In this document: piece by piece, positions 1 to 9,831 of the stretch
Numbering within the stretch: the first letter of the stretch is position 1
Layout: each line of letters begins with the position of its first letter
NCBI GenBank assembly: GCA_016190665.1
Contig: JACPQD010000091.1
Span: 27,246-91,245, forward strand
Length of the DNA: 64,000 bases
Direction of reading: 5' to 3'
From: Chloroflexota bacterium
Lineage (GTDB): Bacteria; Chloroflexota; Dehalococcoidia; JACPQD01
Notes under the pieces: generated by a model
Told to the model about the DNA's origin: nothing
The model's input: only the letters and a program-made list of their open reading frames with translations
Databases searched by the model: none
Made by a program: the position numbers and the translations under genes

Positions 1-1
1 T

Positions 2-934
2 CCCAACCATTTCCAGCCGGGCAAGCCCTACCTCGATGGCATTCGCACCTTTCCCATCGCCGACGAGTCCACCTCCTTAGCCGCCCTGAAGACCAAACGC
101 ATCGATTTTATGGTCTTCATCAGCGATCAAGGCGCGATGAACGTCAGGGAAACCTTCAAAGAGGGAACGGCTGGCCAGTTCCGAAAAGGCCAGTGGCGGT
201 CCCTGTACCTGCCCATGGACAAGGCGCCCTGGACCGATATCCGCGTGCGCAAGGCGATCAACCTGGTCACCGACCGTCAGGCGGCCATCAAGGTGATCAT
301 GAGCGGCATGGCCGAGATCGACGGCATCATCCCCGAGAGCATGGGCGGCATGCCCGTCGCTGAGCTGCTGAAGCGTCCCGGCTACCGCCAGCCCAAGGAC
401 CAGGACATCGCTGAGGCTAAGAAGCTCATGGAGGAGGCCGGCTTCGCCAGGGGACTCAAGACCTCGACCCTGTACCGCAGGGGCAGCGAGTATGAGAGCC
501 AGGCAGTCTTCATGAAAGACCAGCTTAAGGCTCTCGGGATCGACATGGAGCTTAAGACTGTAGACGACGCCACCTTCTATGACTTGCGGGACAAGCGGGC
601 CTACGAGACCTTCAGCCACCGGCGCCCCATGGCCGTCGTCGAACCCGACGATATCCTGATGAAAGAGTGGAAGAGCGGGGCCCCCGATAACTGGGGAAAC
701 GTCAAGGACCCCGAACTGGATAAGATGATCGATGCCCAGTCCCGGGAGCAGGACCCCGCGAAGCGCAAAGCCATGGTCCGCCAGATCAGTGAGAAGATCG
801 AAGACATGTACGTGGAAACCAAGCTTCTCTGGGGAGGCTACTGGCGAGCCTGGGGCCCGCAAGTTAAGGACTACGTGCTGGGCGGCCAGCTCTATGACGC
901 TGAGAAGTTCGCCGAGGTATGGTTAGACAGATAG
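2..934 (+). CDS. ABC transporter substrate-binding protein, family 5 (peptide/nickel type), C-terminal part; 5-prime end lies outside the window
   Basis: The reading frame of ORF 110..934 stays open back to the window edge. The translation looks like an SBP_bac_5 C-terminal half and ends EVWLDR, like the paralogue at 60603..62315 (AVWLAK). Confidence 0.8.
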   Translation, partial: PNHFQPGKPYLDGIRTFPIADESTSLAALKTKRIDFMVFISDQGAMNVRETFKEGTAGQFRKGQWRSLYLPMDKAPWTDIRVRKAINLVTDRQAAIKVIMSGMAEIDGIIPESMGGMPVAELLKRPGYRQPKDQDIAEAKKLMEEAGFARGLKTSTLYRRGSEYESQAVFMKDQLKALGIDMELKTVDDATFYDLRDKRAYETFSHRRPMAVVEPDDILMKEWKSGAPDNWGNVKDPELDKMIDAQSREQDPAKRKAMVRQISEKIEDMYVETKLLWGGYWRAWGPQVKDYVLGGQLYDAEKFAEVWLDR

Positions 935-956
935 GCAGCGGCCCATCCCGAGCCGC

Positions 957-1004
957 AGAGTCCAGAGGCCGGCGGTTTGTCCGGAGGCAGGCCCTCTGGA
1001 CTCT
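957..1004 (+). terminator. Stem-loop just downstream of the SBP stop codon (possible terminator)
   Basis: agagtccagagg (957-968) is the exact reverse complement of cctctggactct (993-1004). It lies 23 nt after the TAG stop. There is no clear U-tract. Confidence 0.45.
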
Positions 1005-1589
1005 TGCTGCCCTGCCTTTTGGAGGCTGCCATCTGCCATTGCGAGTGGCAGCGGGGCCGTTGCCGGACGCATGGGTGTCCTCGAAGGCGGATGGTCACGT
1101 ACCGCGCCAAATTACGGCCATCCCGACCTCCGTCAGGCCGCAGCGTGCTACCGGACGTGTGCAATGACATTGAACCATCCCGTGCCTGAATGCGGGGCCG
1201 TTTGCGAAGACACGGCCGCCAGGGATCACCACGGACCGCCGTATTTTCGAGAGCCTGAGTAACTTAGGGTCTAAGTGGCGTCGGGTGCGTCGAAGCGCTG
1301 ACTCATGGGGTGGGTTCCGTTCGCGGAACCCATCCCGTTCTCTTGCAGCCCAGTAGTAGAGGAGAGGGCGCTTTTACGACAAAAGTCATGTTACTCGGTG
1401 TTTGCATGCTCTAATTTCTAACCAGGGTCGATGAAGCCGGGCCGAGGCAATAGCCGAGTAAGTCGCTTCCCGAGTATTGATTTCCATCTCTTCGACCGCT
1501 GCGTCTCTGTGGTAAAAGGAGAGGGAAGCGTTGATGTCCACGAAAGGTCCGCGACATACAGTCATAGGAATTGCTAGGAGGCTTTAAGC

Positions 1590-2705
1590 ATGGTATTGCA
1601 GATGGGCAAGATCACCGACGAAGGACTGGCGGAGCTGGGAAGCCGCATAGGCGTGTTCATCCGCATCAAGCAGTTCAATACCGAGGCCACTAGAGACGCC
1701 ATCAGGCACTTCGCCGACGGCATCGGGGACCCCAATCCGTTGTGGCGGGAAGAGGACTACGCCAGGAAAACGCGCTACGGCCACATCATTGCGCCGCCCT
1801 GTTTCCTCTATTCGGTATACTCTTGCGCGGGCAGAGGTGGGGGGCTGCCCGGCGTCCACGGCTTCCACAGCGGCAACGACTGGGAGTTCTTCGAAACGAT
1901 AAACGTCGGCGACCAGCTCCCTGTCCAGGAGCAATTCACCGACGTCGTGGAGAAGGAGAGCAAGTTCGCCCGGCGCACGGTGATCCAGTACTCCGTCGCC
2001 ACCTATCGCAACCAGCACGGACGGGCCATAGCCAGGACCACCGGCTGGTCCATCCGCGCCGAGAGACAGGCCGCTCAGGAGGTCAATAAGTACAGGGACC
2101 TGACGCCCTACAAGTACACCGAGGAACAGCTCAAGGCAGTAGAGGAAGAAGTCCTCTCTGAGGAAGTCAGGGGCGCGACCCCCCGTTTTTGGGAGGATGT
2201 CAACGAAGGAGACATAATGAAGCCGGTGGTCAAAGGCCCTCTCTCGCGCAACGACATGCTGGCCTGGACGGTGGGCTTCGGCAGCCCGCGGGGCTTCTTT
2301 GCCCACGGCCTCGCCCTGCGCAATTTCCAGCGGCACCCCGCCTGGGGTTACCGCGATCCCAATACCGGCGCTATGGAGGCCATACGGGAGGTGCACTATT
2401 CCGACACGCCTGCGGGGTCCGTAGGCGTCCAGGCCGCCTACGATATCGGGGCGCAGCGGATATCCTGGCTTGGGCACCTGCTGACCAACTGGATGGGCGA
2501 CGACGGCTTCCTCAAGAAGCTCTACGCCGAGCTGCGCATGTTCAATCTACTCGGCGATACCTGCTGGTGCCGGGGCAAAGTCACTAAGAAGTACATCGAA
2601 GATGGCCAGCATCTCGTCGATTGCGAGATGTGGGCCGAGAACCAGCGCGGCAACTTGACGGCGCCCGGGAGAGCCACCATCGCGCTTCCATCCCGAAAAG
2701 GATAA
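1590..2705 (+). CDS. MaoC/FAS1-like (double hot-dog) acyl dehydratase
   Basis: 371-aa ORF. The N-terminus (...ATRDAIRHFADGIGDPNPLWREEDYARKT...IAPPCF...) is typical of MaoC-family dehydratase N-terminal domains. SD-like aggagg lies upstream, and it is followed by two CoA-transferase genes. Confidence 0.75.
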   Translation: MVLQMGKITDEGLAELGSRIGVFIRIKQFNTEATRDAIRHFADGIGDPNPLWREEDYARKTRYGHIIAPPCFLYSVYSCAGRGGGLPGVHGFHSGNDWEFFETINVGDQLPVQEQFTDVVEKESKFARRTVIQYSVATYRNQHGRAIARTTGWSIRAERQAAQEVNKYRDLTPYKYTEEQLKAVEEEVLSEEVRGATPRFWEDVNEGDIMKPVVKGPLSRNDMLAWTVGFGSPRGFFAHGLALRNFQRHPAWGYRDPNTGAMEAIREVHYSDTPAGSVGVQAAYDIGAQRISWLGHLLTNWMGDDGFLKKLYAELRMFNLLGDTCWCRGKVTKKYIEDGQHLVDCEMWAENQRGNLTAPGRATIALPSRKG

Positions 2706-2851
2706 CATCCTCGGAGGGACGCGCTCCGTCGCGTCCGACGGCGGCCACGAGGGACGGCTCCCGGGAGAGCCACCATCGTGCTCCCATCCCCAAAAGGATA
2801 ACATCCCCGGAGGGACGCGCTCCGTCGCGTCCGACGGCGGCCACGAGGGAC
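2664..2851. repeat. Tandem direct repeat, 2 x 96 bp, near-identical
   Basis: cccgggagagccaccatcg...ggataacatcc.cggagggacgcgctccgtcgcgtccgacggcggccacgagggac occurs at 2664 and again at 2760. Copy 1 contains the last 14 codons and stop of the dehydratase gene. Each copy carries the hairpin ggacgcg-ctccgt-cgcgtcc. Confidence 0.9.
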
Positions 2852-2890
2852 CGTGGCCCTCCGTCGCGTGCGGCCGCGTCGCCTCCTGAG

Positions 2891-2923
2891 AGACCGCAGC
2901 GGTTTTGGAAACCGCTGCGGTCT
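2891..2923 (+). terminator. Perfect 15-bp stem / 3-nt loop hairpin between the dehydratase and CoA-transferase genes
   Basis: agaccgcagcggttt (2891-2905), loop tgg, aaaccgctgcggtct (2909-2923). No U-tract follows, so terminator function is uncertain. Confidence 0.4.
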
Positions 2924-2955
2924 GAGGTCGATTAGAAAGGCGGTTAACCAGCATT

Positions 2956-4167
2956 ATGACCCAAAAGGCACTGGAGGGAATCAAGGTTTTAGAGATGTGC
3001 CGCATGGTCTGCGGCCCCTACGCGGCCAAGCTGATGGCTGATCTGGGCGCGGAGGTCATCAAGGTGGAAGAGCCTGGCAAGGGTGACCCCGCCCGGAGCA
3101 GAGGCCCCTTCCAGCGCGACATCCCTCACCCGGAGCGCAGCGGCCTCTTCCTCTACCTTAACACTAACAAGCTCAGCATCACGCTCAACCTGAGAAAACC
3201 GGCCGGGAAGAAGGCCTTCAAGCAACTGATTAAAGAAACGGACATCTTGATTGAGGACAATCCCCCGGGCTTCATGAAGAAGCTGGGCCTGGACTTCGAC
3301 TCCCTTCAGGCGGTAAACCCCATGCTGGTCATGACCTCCGTCACTCCCTTCGGGCAGACGGGACCTTACAAGAGCTTCAAGGCCTTCCATATGAACGTCT
3401 ACCACGCTGGCGGCGACGGTTACCTGCTGTCCAGTGGGCCCGAGTTCTGGCATCGGGAGCCCACCAGAGGGGGGCGCTACCTGGGGGACTACGAAGCTGG
3501 CGCGACAGCGGCCGGCGCCACGATGGCCGCCTTGTACGCCAGGGACGTCATCGGCGGCGGCCAGCATGTGGACGTCTCCATGCAGGAAGCGCTAATATCC
3601 CTGAACAGGGGGGTTCTCGCTCGGTACCCCAACGAGGGCGTTGTGGAGAGCCGCGCCACCAGGCAGTACGAATGGGGCGGTATTATGCGTTGCAAAGATG
3701 GCTACGTGCTCCTTCAGGCCTTCAATGAGCCACATCACTGGACCGGGCTCGTCGACCTCATGGGCAGCCCGGAATGGGCCAAAGATGAAAAGTACAGGAC
3801 CAAGCCGGCGCGCGCCGCAAACCGGGACGAACTCAATGCCCATATCCTGGACTGGATGAAGGACCGCACCATGGACGAGATCTATCACGGCGGCCAGGCC
3901 AGGAGCGTTCCCGTCGGGCCCTTCTACAGTCCCAAGGATGTGGTCAACAACGTCCATCTCAACGCCCGCGGATTCTTCGCGGAGATCGACCACCCGGAGA
4001 CGGGCAGGCTGAAGTACCCCTCCATGCCTTTTAAGCTTTCGGCGACTCCCGTAGGCGCGGGAGTCGGCGCGCCTCTGCTCGGCCAGCACAACGATGATAT
4101 CCTCGGCCACCGCCTCGGCTACAGCCACGAGGACTTGATACGCCTCAGAGGGGATGGGGTGATATAA
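2956..4167 (+). CDS. Family III CoA-transferase (CaiB/BaiF family)
   Basis: 403 aa. The N-terminus LEGIKVLEMCRMVCGPYAAKLMADLGAEVIKVEEP is the canonical CaiB/BaiF Rossmann start. Confidence 0.9.
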   Translation: MTQKALEGIKVLEMCRMVCGPYAAKLMADLGAEVIKVEEPGKGDPARSRGPFQRDIPHPERSGLFLYLNTNKLSITLNLRKPAGKKAFKQLIKETDILIEDNPPGFMKKLGLDFDSLQAVNPMLVMTSVTPFGQTGPYKSFKAFHMNVYHAGGDGYLLSSGPEFWHREPTRGGRYLGDYEAGATAAGATMAALYARDVIGGGQHVDVSMQEALISLNRGVLARYPNEGVVESRATRQYEWGGIMRCKDGYVLLQAFNEPHHWTGLVDLMGSPEWAKDEKYRTKPARAANRDELNAHILDWMKDRTMDEIYHGGQARSVPVGPFYSPKDVVNNVHLNARGFFAEIDHPETGRLKYPSMPFKLSATPVGAGVGAPLLGQHNDDILGHRLGYSHEDLIRLRGDGVI

Positions 4168-4169
4168 CC

Positions 4170-5390
4170 ATGAAGGGAAGCGAAATGGGAGCTTTGTCTG
4201 GGACCAGAGTAATGGACTTCACCTGGTACGGCGCGGGGCCTTACTGCACGCTGATGATGGCCCTTATGGGGGCTGAGGTCATCAAGGTCGAAAGCGCTAA
4301 GCGGCTGGATAACACCAGGACGCGTTCGGAGGCTTATCGCGAGTCCGGCGACCCCAACCGGTCCTTGCACTTCAACGAAGGCAATCTGAACAAGCTGAGC
4401 CTGACACTGAACCTCAAGAAGCCCCGGGCGATCGACCTGGCGAAAAGAATCGCCCTCACTGCGGACGTCGTGGCCAACAACTTCCGGTCCGGGGTCATAG
4501 ACCGGCTCGGCCTGGGCTACGACGTACTGAGCAAGATAAAGCCGGACATCATAACCTTATGCTCATCGGCTTCAGGCAGCGGGGGCACGGAGAGCGGCTA
4601 CGCTGGCTTCGCCTCCGTTTTCGGCGCCCTCAGCGGGTTGGGCTGGATGACCGGCTACCGGGACGGGCCGCCGGTTGAAATGAGGCTGCCCATGGACTAC
4701 GGCAGCGCCACCATGTCCCTCTTCGCTGTGCTCGCGGCCCTCAACTGCCGCAAGAGGACCGGAAAGGGGCAGAACATCGATCTGGCATCGAGAGAGGTGC
4801 CAAGCTGCTTCATCGGCGACTCCCTTATGGACTACGCCATAAACGGCAGGAACGATGCCCGCGACGGCAACCGGGACAGCGTCATGGCGCCCCACAACTG
4901 CTACCCGTGCCAAGGCAAGGACGAGTGGATCAGCATCGCCGTCTCCAACGAGGAGGAGTGGGCCGCCCTGTGCAAGGCGATGGGCAATCCGGCCTGGAGC
5001 AGCGAGGAGCGTTTCGGCGGCATGCTGAGCCGCTGGAGCAACCAGGAGGCGCTCGACAAGCTCATCGGCGAGTGGACCACCTCCCAGACGAAGTTTGAGG
5101 TGACACACAAGCTTCAGAAGATGGGAGTAGCGGCCTTCCCCTCCATGAGCAGCAAGGATATTTTCACCGATCCCCACGTCGCCAGACGCGGGCTGGCGCC
5201 GGTGGTCAACCACCCGCTCATCGGCAAGCAGGTGGTCGTCGGCCTGCCTTTCAAGCTTTCGGCGACCCCGGGGAGGATCAAGCGCCACGCGCCCACGCTG
5301 GGGGAGCACAATAACTACGTCCTCGGCGAGCTCATGGGCATGACCAAGCGGGAGATAGACGCGCTGGTGGAGGAAGAGGTGGTGTGCTAG
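4170..5390 (+). CDS. Family III CoA-transferase (CaiB/BaiF family), second paralogue
   Basis: 406 aa. LSGTRVMDFTWYGAGPYCTLMMALMGAEVIKVE. It starts 2 nt after the preceding stop, so probably the same operon. Confidence 0.9.
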   Translation: MKGSEMGALSGTRVMDFTWYGAGPYCTLMMALMGAEVIKVESAKRLDNTRTRSEAYRESGDPNRSLHFNEGNLNKLSLTLNLKKPRAIDLAKRIALTADVVANNFRSGVIDRLGLGYDVLSKIKPDIITLCSSASGSGGTESGYAGFASVFGALSGLGWMTGYRDGPPVEMRLPMDYGSATMSLFAVLAALNCRKRTGKGQNIDLASREVPSCFIGDSLMDYAINGRNDARDGNRDSVMAPHNCYPCQGKDEWISIAVSNEEEWAALCKAMGNPAWSSEERFGGMLSRWSNQEALDKLIGEWTTSQTKFEVTHKLQKMGVAAFPSMSSKDIFTDPHVARRGLAPVVNHPLIGKQVVVGLPFKLSATPGRIKRHAPTLGEHNNYVLGELMGMTKREIDALVEEEVVC

Positions 5391-5448
5391 CCGGCGGCGC
5401 CAAGTGTTATTGACGTTGTAGCGTTGAGACCTCAAAGAAGGAGACATC

Positions 5449-5682
5449 ATGGCTCCAGAGACTACGCGGACTACTATTTACCTCGATGCTGACCTGCACA
5501 CGGCGTTGCGACTTAAGGCTGTTGAAACCTCTCAATCGATTTCTGAGCTTGTGAATATTGCCATCAAGGGGGCGCTTTCAGAGGACGCTGAGGACCCGGC
5601 AGCGTTTGACGAGAGAGCGACCGAGCCTATGATCAGCTTTGAGGAGATGGTGATGCGGCTGAAGAAGAACGGTCGCCTGTAG
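5449..5682 (+). CDS. Ribbon-helix-helix (CopG/ParD-like) antitoxin-type protein with no adjacent toxin
   Basis: 77 aa. TTIYLDADLHTALRLKAVETSQSISELVNIAIKGAL has the RHH beta-strand/helix pattern. SD ggaga lies 6 nt upstream. Confidence 0.65.
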   Translation: MAPETTRTTIYLDADLHTALRLKAVETSQSISELVNIAIKGALSEDAEDPAAFDERATEPMISFEEMVMRLKKNGRL

Positions 5683-5703
5683 TGTTATCCTAAGAGAACG
5701 GGA

Positions 5704-6798
5704 ATGGCCAGCGGCTGTCACGAAAAGAGCGATATGAATCTTTCGTCCCGCAAATTCACCGTCCAGGACTACTTCGAGTGGCAGGAGCTGGCCTATGCCA
5801 ACCGCTGGACGGATGGACTGCCCGTGGCGCCTCCCGTGGATTCCGAGGTGGCCAGAATCGTGGAACACCTGGCGCGGGACCCGCGGGAGGAGATCGGGGA
5901 GATTCCGCCCAGGCACGGCGTCGCCACCATCGAGAAGATCGCCATCAACAGCGTGATGGGCGGCTGTTTGCCCGAGCATGTCCCCGTAGTCATCGCCGCC
6001 CTGCAGGCCATGCTGGAGCCCCAGTTCAACCTGAACGGCATACAGGACACCACCCATCCCGCCACGCCACTCACCATCGTCAGCGGCCCCATTGTTGCCG
6101 AGCTTGGCTTCAACACACGCGACGGCGTCTTCGGGGGCGGCTCGCGCGCCAACGCCGCTATCGGCCGGGCCATCCGCCTGGTGCTGTGGAACGTCGGCGG
6201 CGCCTACCCGGGGGACATCGATAAGTGCGTCTTCTCCCACCCGGGCAAGTACACCTACTGCATCGGCGAGGACCAGGAGGCCAATCCCTGGGCGCCTCTC
6301 CACGTCGACCGGGGGCTAAGGGACGCCGTCAACGGAGTCACCGTCATCGGTTGCGAGGCGCCGCACCACGTCCCGGGCCGCGGTAACCCGGCCGAGAAGA
6401 TGCTGAGGTGCATCGCCGACGTGATGTCGAGTCTGGGCACCAACAATTCGACTCTTATGGGCCAGACGTTGCTGGTCATGAGCCCCCTGGCCGCCGACGC
6501 GGTGGCCAAGCTGGGCTGGTCAAAGAAAGACGTCAAAACACACCTCTTCGAAACCGCCCGTCGGCGCCTGGGCGAACTGAAGGGCGCGGCGAGGGACCTC
6601 AACCTCAGCCGACTCTTCTGGCCTAGGTGGGTGGATACCACGGATGACGGCGCCCTGATACCCGTGGTGGAGAAGCCAGAGGATATCCTGATCACCGTCG
6701 CCGGCGGCATGGGGTCAGCGTCCTGCATGGTCTGCCCCGGCTGGGGCGGCATGGGGGGCTACGCGGTGACCAGAGAGATAGACAGGCCGGCCCGCTGA
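5704..6798 (+). CDS. Conserved hypothetical protein (family not recognised)
   Basis: 364-aa ORF with coding-like composition (..WTDGLPVAPP.., ..GRAIRLVLWNVGG..). The start could instead be the ATG at 5734. Confidence 0.55.
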   Translation: MASGCHEKSDMNLSSRKFTVQDYFEWQELAYANRWTDGLPVAPPVDSEVARIVEHLARDPREEIGEIPPRHGVATIEKIAINSVMGGCLPEHVPVVIAALQAMLEPQFNLNGIQDTTHPATPLTIVSGPIVAELGFNTRDGVFGGGSRANAAIGRAIRLVLWNVGGAYPGDIDKCVFSHPGKYTYCIGEDQEANPWAPLHVDRGLRDAVNGVTVIGCEAPHHVPGRGNPAEKMLRCIADVMSSLGTNNSTLMGQTLLVMSPLAADAVAKLGWSKKDVKTHLFETARRRLGELKGAARDLNLSRLFWPRWVDTTDDGALIPVVEKPEDILITVAGGMGSASCMVCPGWGGMGGYAVTREIDRPAR

Positions 6799-6853
6799 CT
6801 TTGCGCAGCGCCCGCTCACCGAACCAGTTCGCGGCCTAAGGCAAACGAATGAT

Positions 6854-7522
6854 ATGACCACCAACGAACCGCTGATACCGAAGCACGGTGGCTATCGAAA
6901 ACTCAAGAGCTTTCGGGTGGCGCAACTGATTTATGACGTAACGGTCCGTTTTTGTGACCGCTATGTCCACAAGCGCAGCCGTACCCACGACCAGATGGTG
7001 CAGGCGGCGCGGTCGGGCGTGCAGAACATCGCCGAAGGAAGTCAAGCCTCCGGAACCTCTAACAAGACCGAACTCAAACTCACAAACGTAGCGCGCGCCA
7101 GCCTCGAAGAGCTGCGGCTCGACTACGAGGATTTCCTGCGCCAGCGCGGCCTGTTGATCTGGGGTCGTGACGATCCCCGCCGGCAGGAACTGATCGACCG
7201 CAGGTGCGCCACTGCCGATGAAGTGGCCCAATGGGTCAAAGAAGTGCACGAACGTGGACAGAGTGGACTGGAACAACCGTCCACCCCGTCTACCCGGTCC
7301 ACAATGTCCACTCCCATGTTTGCCGAAAACGCCGCCAACGCTGTACTTGTGCTGCTGGTGGTTCCCTGCAGCCTGCTCGATCGCCAACTCGCTGCTCAGG
7401 CAGCCGCCTTTGAAGCCGGCGGCGGCTTCACCGAACGCCTTTACCGCGTGCGCTCCGAAAAACGGTCATCGCCCCCTTCGTCCACTCGGTCCACAAAGTC
7501 CGCTCAGTCCACCGACGACTAG
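6854..7522 (+). CDS. Four-helix-bundle protein (23S rRNA IVS / Avd-like family) with low-complexity Ser/Thr/Pro C-terminal extension
   Basis: HGGYRKLKSFRVAQLIYDVTVRFCDRY...QMVQAARSGVQNIAEGS...ARASLEELRLDYEDFL matches the four-helix-bundle signature (TIGR02436-type). Confidence 0.8.
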   Translation: MTTNEPLIPKHGGYRKLKSFRVAQLIYDVTVRFCDRYVHKRSRTHDQMVQAARSGVQNIAEGSQASGTSNKTELKLTNVARASLEELRLDYEDFLRQRGLLIWGRDDPRRQELIDRRCATADEVAQWVKEVHERGQSGLEQPSTPSTRSTMSTPMFAENAANAVLVLLVVPCSLLDRQLAAQAAAFEAGGGFTERLYRVRSEKRSSPPSSTRSTKSAQSTDD

Positions 7523-7841
7523 CTTCGCGATGATCGTCGCGAAGCCGAGCGCCCAACCCCCCACTGCCATCAGGCAAGGCTAACCAGCGCCTCGCGCCAA
7601 CCCGGAGGCACACGCGGTCAATCCGGCGTGTGCCTTGTTGTGTTCCTGAGGCCCCGCCGCGGCCGATGGAAACGATACAACTCTGCAATAATCGGCCCCA
7701 CCATGTAACGACTATGCAATACCCCATTCCGTAGTCTTCAATTGATGTGGAAGGCAAAACACGCAGGAGCAACGATCGACACCGGACCGACGAAGAAACA
7801 CCGGTGGCTGCAAGACCAGGAGAAACGAAAAGGAGCGGAAC

Positions 7842-8741
7842 ATGCAGAAGATCACGCCGCACCTCTGGTACGACAACCAAGCTGAGGAGGCTGCGAGTTT
7901 CTACACTTCCATCTTCAAGAACTCGAAGGTTGGGAGCGTCAGTCGCTATGGCGACGCAGGGGCAAAGGTCTCCGGGAGGCCAAAAGGCAGCGTGATGACC
8001 CTGACATTTGAGCTTGAGGGGCAGCAGTTCATCGCGTTGAACGGCGGACCGATCTTCACTTTCACGCCTGCGGTGTCGTTTTTCGTGAGTTGTGAACGTC
8101 CGCAAGAAATAGACGAGCTATGGCGCAGATTCACTGATGGTGGAAGAGTGTTGATGGAGTTGGACAAATACGCGTTCGCTGAGAAGTTTGGCTGGCTTCA
8201 GGACAAATACGGCCTTTCGTGGCAGTTGATCCTTGCCAGTCGCACGCAAAAGATCACGCCATACTTGATGTTTGTCCGCGAGCAACACGGAAAAGCGGAA
8301 GAGGCAATGAAGCATTATGTCTCCATATTCCCGGATTCGAACATCAACAGGATAGAGCGCTATGGCAAAGGCGGGCAGGAGCCGGAAGGGACGGTCATGC
8401 ATGCCGTATTCTCCCTCGCCGGACAGGAGTTCATCGCCATGGACAGCGCCCTGGACCACCGGTTCACCTTTACTGAAGCCATATCGTTCCTGGTGAATTG
8501 CGAGACCCAGGAAGAAATGGACTACTATTGGGAAGAACTCTCTGAAGGCGGAGACGCAACGGCGCAACAATGCGGCTGGTTGAAAGACAAGTATGGTTTG
8601 TCCTGGCAGATCGTTCCTGCTATCCTGGCCGAGATGATCCAGGACCCTGATGCAGCCAAATCCGAAAGAGTCATGACGGCGCTGCTGCCAATGAAGAAGA
8701 TTGATATAGAGGTTCTGAGGCAAGCGTTTGAGGGACGCTGA
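7842..8741 (+). CDS. VOC-superfamily protein with two tandem PhnB-like (3-demethylubiquinone-9 3-methyltransferase-like) domains
   Basis: MQKITPHLWYDNQAEEAASFYTSIF...GWLQDKYGLSWQ is repeated as KITPYLMF...GWLKDKYGLSWQI. SD aaaggag lies upstream. Confidence 0.85.
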   Translation: MQKITPHLWYDNQAEEAASFYTSIFKNSKVGSVSRYGDAGAKVSGRPKGSVMTLTFELEGQQFIALNGGPIFTFTPAVSFFVSCERPQEIDELWRRFTDGGRVLMELDKYAFAEKFGWLQDKYGLSWQLILASRTQKITPYLMFVREQHGKAEEAMKHYVSIFPDSNINRIERYGKGGQEPEGTVMHAVFSLAGQEFIAMDSALDHRFTFTEAISFLVNCETQEEMDYYWEELSEGGDATAQQCGWLKDKYGLSWQIVPAILAEMIQDPDAAKSERVMTALLPMKKIDIEVLRQAFEGR

Positions 8742-8788
8742 AGCGAGAGGGCGCCCTCTTAGTTCATAAGAAAGGATGCAACATCAGT

Positions 8789-9197
8789 ATGAGCAAGAAG
8801 ATGAATCCGGTCGTCCATTTCGAAATGCCCGTATGATGACGGGAAACGTGTGGCAGATTTCTATACCGCTGTCTTTGGCTGGCAGACGAAGATGCTGGGA
8901 GAGGACATGGGTAACTACGTGCTTGTTACGACCACCGAAGTCGACGAGAAGGGGTGGCCGAAACAAGTCGGCAGAATCCACGGGGGTCTTTATCCCAAAA
9001 AGGAAGATTGGCCCGCTCAATACCCATCGGTGGTTATCGGCGTTGATGACATCAAGGAGTCCATGAAGAAGGTAGCGGAAGCAAGCGGTAAAGTGCTCGA
9101 CGAGCCCGTGGACATACCCGGCATTGGCCTGTACGTTTCGTTCTTCGACACGGAAGGCAACCGCGTGACCATGTTGCAGCCAAACCCCGGGATGTAG
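8789..9197 (+). pseudogene. VOC/glyoxalase-family gene with a 1-nt frameshift near codon 14
   Basis: ATG 8789 gives MSKKMNPVVHFEMPV then TGA. Shifting by one base at 8828-8831 (ccc g) continues YDDGKRVADFYTAVFGWQT..., the expected HFEMPYDD...FY..VFGW glyoxalase N-terminus (ORF 8850..9197). Confidence 0.65.
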
Positions 9198-9287
9198 CCA
9201 AGGGACCACCAGGGCATTTTGTGAGAAACAAATCAGGTGCGGCAATTCCATACCGCTATCGGGAAGTCCGCTTGAGGAGGATGAAGA

Positions 9288-9650
9288 ATGCTGAACCTCG
9301 GTTCGATCATGATTGGCTCCATGCAACCCGAAGTCCTGGCGGAGTTTTATGAAAGAGTACTTGGAAAGCCAGCCGATTTTGCGGAAGAGGGCTGGCACGG
9401 TTGGCAGGCAGGCAGTGCGTATTTCATGGTTGGAGAACACTCAGAGGTCAAAGGCAAAGCCAAAGAACCCCAGAGAGTCATACTTAACTTTGAAGCAAAA
9501 GAGGTAAAAGTCGAATTTGCCAGAATCAAAGCCCTGGGCGCAAGAGTAATAAAGGAACCGTATGAAATGGAAGGTTCCTGGATCGCAACCTTCGCCGACC
9601 CAGACGGAAACTATTTTCAGCTAACGTCTCCTTGGGAAATTCAAAAGTAA
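9288..9650 (+). CDS. VOC/glyoxalase-like family protein
   Basis: 120 aa. LGSIMIGSMQPEVLAEFYERVLG...ATFADPDGNYFQL is the typical VOC fold signature. SD gaggagg lies upstream. Confidence 0.8.
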   Translation: MLNLGSIMIGSMQPEVLAEFYERVLGKPADFAEEGWHGWQAGSAYFMVGEHSEVKGKAKEPQRVILNFEAKEVKVEFARIKALGARVIKEPYEMEGSWIATFADPDGNYFQLTSPWEIQK

Positions 9651-9831
9651 TCGGAGGGACACGCCTGCTCCTGGCGCTCGTCCGTACGGCAAGGAGCCTG
9701 GTCGATTGAGGTATTCCGCATGCGCTACAGCCCGCCAGGTTGTCTATCTCCTGCCTCGTCGAACAAGCATGGTTCAGCAGCCGGTTCACATGGTCCCGAA
9801 GGATGCCAGCCAATGATGCGAGGTGAAAGGC

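Noticed and set aside
977-1189. Read-through extension of the first SBP gene past its TAG (ORF 977..1189 is in the same frame)
   Set aside because: The SBP ends with the family-typical ..VWLDR tail. A strong hairpin follows immediately. The downstream frame is Arg/Pro/Cys-rich with no protein-like features.
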